DNA of 10,083 nucleotides from a virus (Duplodnaviria; Heunggongvirae; Uroviricota; Caudoviricetes): IMG/VR virus record IMGVR_UViG_2534682078_000009; one strand, 5' to 3'. Shown piece by piece: positions 6,807 to 10,083 of this stretch (position 1 is its first letter; each line of letters starts with the position of its first letter). The notes under the pieces were generated by a model. It saw only the letters and a program-made list of their open reading frames with translations, ran no database searches and was not told where the DNA came from. The position numbers and the translations under genes were made by a program.

Positions 6807-7165
6807 GCGTTCTCCAGTTCGGTGATTTTTATTCCAAGCCGTCCGCCTGGTACTTTCACACCACGAATTATGCGAATGTCATCGAATTGCTCGTCGTCTT
6901 CCGCAAATCCGGCATGGATAAGGGAGTCGAGTAAACCCTTCAGGATGTTATCTAGGTCGCGGCGGCGGGAGTCTGGAACGTCTGCGATTACTTTGATGCG
7001 GAGTCGTGATTTGGTGAAAATATCTAACTTGAGTTGGTGGATGATTTGCTGAACGTCTTTTCGGTATTTCTGGCCTTTATCGCTGATGTAGTATTGGCTT
7101 CCCCGTCTTCGCCAGTAGGTATTCACCGACGGCGGGTATGGAAGCACAAACTGATATTCGTTCAT
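6803..7165 (-). CDS. rusA: Holliday junction resolvase RusA
   Basis: 120 aa; LPYPPSVNTYW, PDSRRRDLDN, AGF..DD and PGGRLGIKITE motifs characteristic of RusA. Confidence 0.85.
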   Translation of the reverse strand: MNEYQFVLPYPPSVNTYWRRRGSQYYISDKGQKYRKDVQQIIHQLKLDIFTKSRLRIKVIADVPDSRRRDLDNILKGLLDSLIHAGFAEDDEQFDDIRIIRGVKVPGGRLGIKITELENA

Positions 7166-7452
7166 GACTTAATCTTCCCCTCCTTCAGCAGTATCGCCTG
7201 CGTCCTGATCACGCCTTCGAGGTGGTAAAGTCTGGCGTCTTTGTTGTCGAGAATCCTTGTGCGTCGGTCGATCTCCGCGTGGCAGTCACTACAAGCCCAT
7301 GCGCCGATCAGGTCGTCAGGCTTCATCCCCGTTCCACAAATTCCAGCCATCCGGTAATGTGCCAGAACTGTAGTTTCAGGATTGCCATTGCATACGCCGT
7401 AAATACGTACCTGGCATTCTCTGCCGCGCGCTTCTTTGCGTAGGTTAGCCAT
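7162..7452 (-). CDS. ybcO: YbcO-like (DUF1364) putative nuclease
   Basis: 96 aa, Cys/His-rich (CQVRIYGVC...CGTG...CSDCH); directly upstream of rusA with ATGA overlap, as in DLP12-type nin regions. Confidence 0.7.
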   Translation of the reverse strand: MANLRKEARGRECQVRIYGVCNGNPETTVLAHYRMAGICGTGMKPDDLIGAWACSDCHAEIDRRTRILDNKDARLYHLEGVIRTQAILLKEGKIKS

Positions 7453-7657
7453 TTACCTTCCCTCGCAATTGAAGAATTGACTGAAGGTCTTTTTTAATAA
7501 ATATGCGAGTGCGAATTGAGCAGTAGTTTTCCTTCATTCTGGCGTAGTAATAGTCCTTTCTTTGCTTAAGTTTGTTGGCATCCGCTGTCATCCAGTCTTT
7601 TACAGCAAACTTAATTAGCCAGCGGTGGCAGAGATACCATTTCAGGTAATCACTCAT
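7445..7657 (-). CDS. hypothetical nin-region protein (70 aa)
   Basis: Complete ORF whose ATG overlaps the ninF stop and whose stop overlaps the ybcO start; basic, no recognisable family. Confidence 0.45.
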   Translation of the reverse strand: MSDYLKWYLCHRWLIKFAVKDWMTADANKLKQRKDYYYARMKENYCSIRTRIFIKKDLQSILQLRGKVNG

Positions 7658-7826
7658 CGTCTTCTTCCTCGTACATTGAGCTATTCGGATCGCTCATCAG
7701 TTCTGCACAGCAGTGCTCACACACGTGAACTTCCAGCACATGCAGCTTCTGACCGCAGTTAGCGCACGTTAAAGCTCGCTCGACGCTTTCTTTCTGGTAT
7801 TGAAGGGATTGGGATGGGCTAAGCAT
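7650..7826 (-). CDS. ninF: NinF-like small zinc-finger protein (58 aa)
   Basis: Not in the ORF track (under 60 aa); translation [58 protein letters not shown] has CxxC...C.HCC and matches lambda NinF as I recall it. Confidence 0.65.
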   Translation of the reverse strand: MLSPSQSLQYQKESVERALTCANCGQKLHVLEVHVCEHCCAELMSDPNSSMYEEEDDE

Positions 7827-8191
7827 TATTGGATTCTCTGCATCATGAGAAAGACAATCATGGCGGCGCGAAGGGGATTTTCATGTATAGCTCGCTTAGA
7901 TTTACAGTAGGCCACACCGCGTGCACCCCACTCGTCTTCATCGAGATTGATAATGCTAATCCTGTATTTTTCAATAATCGGCCATGAGTCTGCTGGGTTT
8001 GCGCATGGGTTAAAGGATCCGCGCTCAACTTCTACTTCAACTGCGTCTCCGTTTACAATGTCTCCCTCAAATGAGACAAACACCATATCGCCATTCTCAC
8101 CTTCTTTGTAATCCGGCGATCCGTTATGAATGGCTTCGAATACCGCCACGTTAATTTCAAAATCACTTAACTGTGAATAATCCATTGTCAT
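7826..8191 (-). CDS. NinX-like (DUF2591-type) nin-region protein; start set at the ATG overlapping the ninE stop
   Basis: Track ORF 7826..8227 would overlap ninE by 40 nt; the internal ATG at 8191 ([10 protein letters not shown]...) makes an ATGA junction with ninE and has GAGGAA upstream; acidic protein; family name is tentative. Confidence 0.5.
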   Translation of the reverse strand: MTMDYSQLSDFEINVAVFEAIHNGSPDYKEGENGDMVFVSFEGDIVNGDAVEVEVERGSFNPCANPADSWPIIEKYRISIINLDEDEWGARGVAYCKSKRAIHENPLRAAMIVFLMMQRIQ

Positions 8192-8364
8192 TTCCTCGCA
8201 CGATGTCTTAGCCACCGGATATCCCACAGGTGAGCCGTGTAGTTGAAGGTTTTTACGTCAGATTCTTTTGGGATTGGCTTGCGTTTATTTCTGGAGCGTT
8301 TCGTTGGAAGGTATTTGCAGTTTTCGCAGATGATGTCGGTGATACTTCGTCGCTGTCGTCTCAT
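8188..8364 (-). CDS. ninE: NinE-like protein (58 aa)
   Basis: Not in the ORF track (under 60 aa); translation [58 protein letters not shown] matches lambda NinE as I recall it; ATGA overlap with the ninB stop. Confidence 0.7.
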   Translation of the reverse strand: MRRQRRSITDIICENCKYLPTKRSRNKRKPIPKESDVKTFNYTAHLWDIRWLRHRARK

Positions 8365-8771
8365 TCGTACCTCCTGTCGGTAAATCTGACACCATGACCA
8401 ATAGCCCAGGCTGTTGTGTACTCGATAAGACTTGCCATACGCTTCACACTCATCTGCGCGCTGCTTTCGCGAATGTTGACGTATTCGCCTTCAAGCCCGG
8501 GAAAAACATCAGCTTCCTGTTTTGTTGCCACTGCATGACCGCTGATCAACAAAACCTTCCATTGTTCTGGTTTTAACCATTTGCCGCACCATTGAACCTG
8601 ACGAGCGATATCCGCCAGCATCGCGTGAAATTTTGCGTTCTGGTCAAGGTTGCGCTTGTAGTCAGTAATGCGGATGGTGACTGGCTTGTCTTTATCGAGT
8701 GGTGTTGCGAGGATGGCATTTATTGCAGCTTGCTGTTGTTGCTTAGTTCGGAGGAAGATTGTTTGCTTCAT
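8361..8771 (-). CDS. ninB: NinB (Orf) recombination mediator
   Basis: 136 aa; [31 protein letters not shown] matches the lambda NinB core (LDQN.K...QV.W.G.WL..E.WK). Confidence 0.8.
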   Translation of the reverse strand: MKQTIFLRTKQQQQAAINAILATPLDKDKPVTIRITDYKRNLDQNAKFHAMLADIARQVQWCGKWLKPEQWKVLLISGHAVATKQEADVFPGLEGEYVNIRESSAQMSVKRMASLIEYTTAWAIGHGVRFTDRRYE

Positions 8772-9105
8772 CGAAATTCTTCTCTTTAATTCCAGCGGCT
8801 CTGATAGCTTTCATTACTGCAATTACCGTTTTGTCTCTCCCATCCTCATAACCCATCGCATAAGCACCTTCTTCACCATCTTTCCAAAAGTCGTCATTCG
8901 ATTCGGGCCAGTCAATATCCAGTTCAATAGCTGCTCGCGATGCCTGCCACGTTTGCCAGTGGCCTTGAACATCGTCCATCACGTATTGACCACCAATATC
9001 ACCACTGCCAATTTCATGGTGATTTTCAGGGTAACGGATAAGGTCTGAGGATTCGCCTCCACGTCGCAACCAACTTTCTTCAAACTGCTTTCTTGATTCG
9101 TCCAT
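8743..9105 (-). CDS. hypothetical acidic phage protein (120 aa), occupying the ninA position
   Basis: Complete ORF with GAGGG SD before ATG 9105; overlaps the ninB start by 29 nt; highly acidic, Trp-rich. Confidence 0.5.
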   Translation of the reverse strand: MDESRKQFEESWLRRGGESSDLIRYPENHHEIGSGDIGGQYVMDDVQGHWQTWQASRAAIELDIDWPESNDDFWKDGEEGAYAMGYEDGRDKTVIAVMKAIRAAGIKEKNFDEANNLPPN

Positions 9106-9122
9106 CGATACTTACCCTCAGT

Positions 9123-9329
9123 TCAACTCACAAAACTCCACGCCATTTTTGCTACAGCGACAGGCATAACACCGATAATCACCCACAGGAAAATGCTACC
9201 GAAAAGCACACCCACCAGGTCTTTACCTTCGCCTACCAACCGGACAAAACTGCTGGCAACAACAATGAACGTCGCCACCATCCACATAGCACCGAGAATC
9301 CTCAATGCAGAGAAAATTAACTCAGCCAC
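9123..9329 (-). CDS. small two-helix membrane protein (68 aa), GTG start
   Basis: GTG at 9329 preceded by GGGGGAGGG SD; two hydrophobic helix-length segments separated by GEGKD. Confidence 0.45.
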   Translation of the reverse strand: MAELIFSALRILGAMWMVATFIVVASSFVRLVGEGKDLVGVLFGSIFLWVIIGVMPVAVAKMAWSFVS

Positions 9330-9341
9330 GATTTACCCTCC

Positions 9342-9376
9342 CCCAAATAAAAAGGCCTGCGATTACCAGCAGGCCT
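9342..9376 (-). terminator. intrinsic terminator downstream of ren (tR2-like position)
   Basis: Perfect 8 bp stem AGGCCTGC / GCAGGCCT with 8 nt loop; on the minus strand followed by TTTTTATTT. Confidence 0.6.
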
Positions 9377-9401
9377 GTTATTAGCTCAGTGATGTAGATG
9401 G

Positions 9402-9692
9402 TCATTGCCTTACCTCCATAAGCGCCCTATTAATAAACGCCGTCATTGGATTTGCACATCCCCACCCCGTACCATCTGGATTTCTTTTAATTGGCTCCTT
9501 CTTCACTTTGCGTTTTGCATAAATAACCGTCTTCCACTTACGCTCAACAACACTCAAATGTCCTTGTTTCACCATATGCCTTGCTGCTTGAGCGATTCTG
9601 TTATTTGGTATTCCGGTGATCAGTGCTAATTCATGTGGGGAGAATTGTTCATGAGTTTTCAGATATTCCAGGATGATTTCTTTTCCAGTCAC
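9402..9692 (-). CDS. ren: Ren-like protein
   Basis: 96 aa, GTG start with AGGAG SD; N-terminus MTGKEIILEYLKTHEQF matches lambda Ren (MTGKEAII...) in both sequence and length. Confidence 0.65.
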   Translation of the reverse strand: MTGKEIILEYLKTHEQFSPHELALITGIPNNRIAQAARHMVKQGHLSVVERKWKTVIYAKRKVKKEPIKRNPDGTGWGCANPMTAFINRALMEVRQ

Positions 9693-9727
9693 GATCTGCT
9701 CCTGTAACTATCCCATGTAAACGCAAG
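9692..9727 (-). pseudogene. 3'-terminal 12 codons of a P-like replication gene severed by the IS insertion
   Basis: Open frame LAFTWDSYRSRS-stop whose TGA overlaps the ren GTG (the 4 nt junction seen between lambda P and ren); the frame runs straight into the IS terminus at 9728. Confidence 0.35.
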
Positions 9728-10083
9728 TGAACCGCCCCGGGTTTCCTGGAGAGTGTTTTATCTGTGAACTCAGGCTGCCAGATCATCGTTTCCGATGGAA
9801 GCATAATAAGCTTTTTCTGCTTCTGCCGGAGGAGTATGGCCCAGCCTTCCCAGCAATCGTCGATTGTTATACCAGTCCACCCACGTTAGTGTGGCCAGTT
9901 CCACTTCTGCACGGTTTTCCAGCTCTTACGGTGTATTACCTCCGCTTTGTAAAGACCATTGATGCTCTCAGCCATCGCGTTGTCATACGAGTCGCCTGTA
10001 CTCCCTGTTGATGCCAGTAATCCGGCTTCTTTTAGTCGCTCCGTATAGGCCAGTGACACATACTGAGAGCCTTTATCGCTGTG
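9728..10083 (-). mobile_element. right end of an IS629-like (IS3 family) insertion sequence, partial, runs off the window
   Basis: Terminal repeat TGAACCGCCCCGGGTTTCCTGGAGAG begins at 9728; the adjacent minus-strand reading frames encode transposase motifs (HSDKGSQY, WVDWYNNRRL, ...GNDDLAA-stop). Confidence 0.8.
9770..10083 (-). pseudogene. IS629-like transposase OrfB, 3' portion, with a frame change at an A-run near 9916
   Basis: HSDKGSQYVSLAYTERLKEAG...ESINGLYKAEVIHRKSW is in one frame and ends KTVQKWNWPH-stop; the conserved tail NRAEVELATLTWVDWYNNRRLLGRLGHTPPAEAEKAYYASIGNDDLAA-stop (TGA 9770-9772) is in another; one extra A in GGAAAACCG would join them. Confidence 0.6.

Noticed and set aside
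6672..7443. Plus-strand ORFs 6672..7052, 7034..7228 and 7222..7443
   Set aside because: Antisense to ninH, rusA and ybcO, which have strong family-level support.
8394..9629. Plus-strand ORFs 8394..8576, 8592..8789, 8668..9048, 9093..9320, 9193..9384 and 9405..9629
   Set aside because: All antisense to the tightly packed minus-strand genes ninB through ren; no SD sequences.
9727..10011. 94 aa plus-strand ORF
   Set aside because: Antisense to the IS629-like transposase and begins within the IS terminal repeat.
1..10083. CRISPR array or integrase/attachment site
   Set aside because: No regularly spaced direct repeats anywhere in the window; no integrase-like ORF; the window is internal to the prophage.

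Overview
This window reads as the nin-to-lysis segment of a lambdoid (EHEC-type) prophage, with the phage genes on the minus strand. In phage order (high to low coordinates): the right end of an IS629-like IS3-family element (9728 to window end) inserted 36 bp upstream of ren, cutting off the last 12 codons of a P-like replication gene; ren; an intrinsic terminator; two small genes (68 aa membrane, 120 aa acidic); ninB, ninE, a NinX-like ORF, ninF, a 70 aa ORF, ybcO, rusA and ninH, packed with overlapping stop/start codons; an AT-rich plus-strand moron encoding an LpxR-like outer-membrane lipid A deacylase; a Q-like antiterminator candidate followed by a clean late promoter and terminator (pR'/tR'-like); an AT-rich polytopic membrane protein of unknown function sitting where Stx phages carry stx; a NanS-p-type sialate O-acetylesterase; two tandem plus-strand promoter-plus-terminator modules (small RNA candidates); a phage-21-type holin split across three reading frames; and an 86 aa ORF. 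I found no stx genes, tRNA genes or CRISPR array. Three conserved genes are broken by single-base frame changes (holin twice, IS629 orfB once), which points either to a decaying defective prophage or to indel errors in the assembly. The most interesting unexplained elements are the late-promoter-proximal membrane protein and the tandem small RNA-like modules. All homology calls are from memory of protein families; no database search was run.
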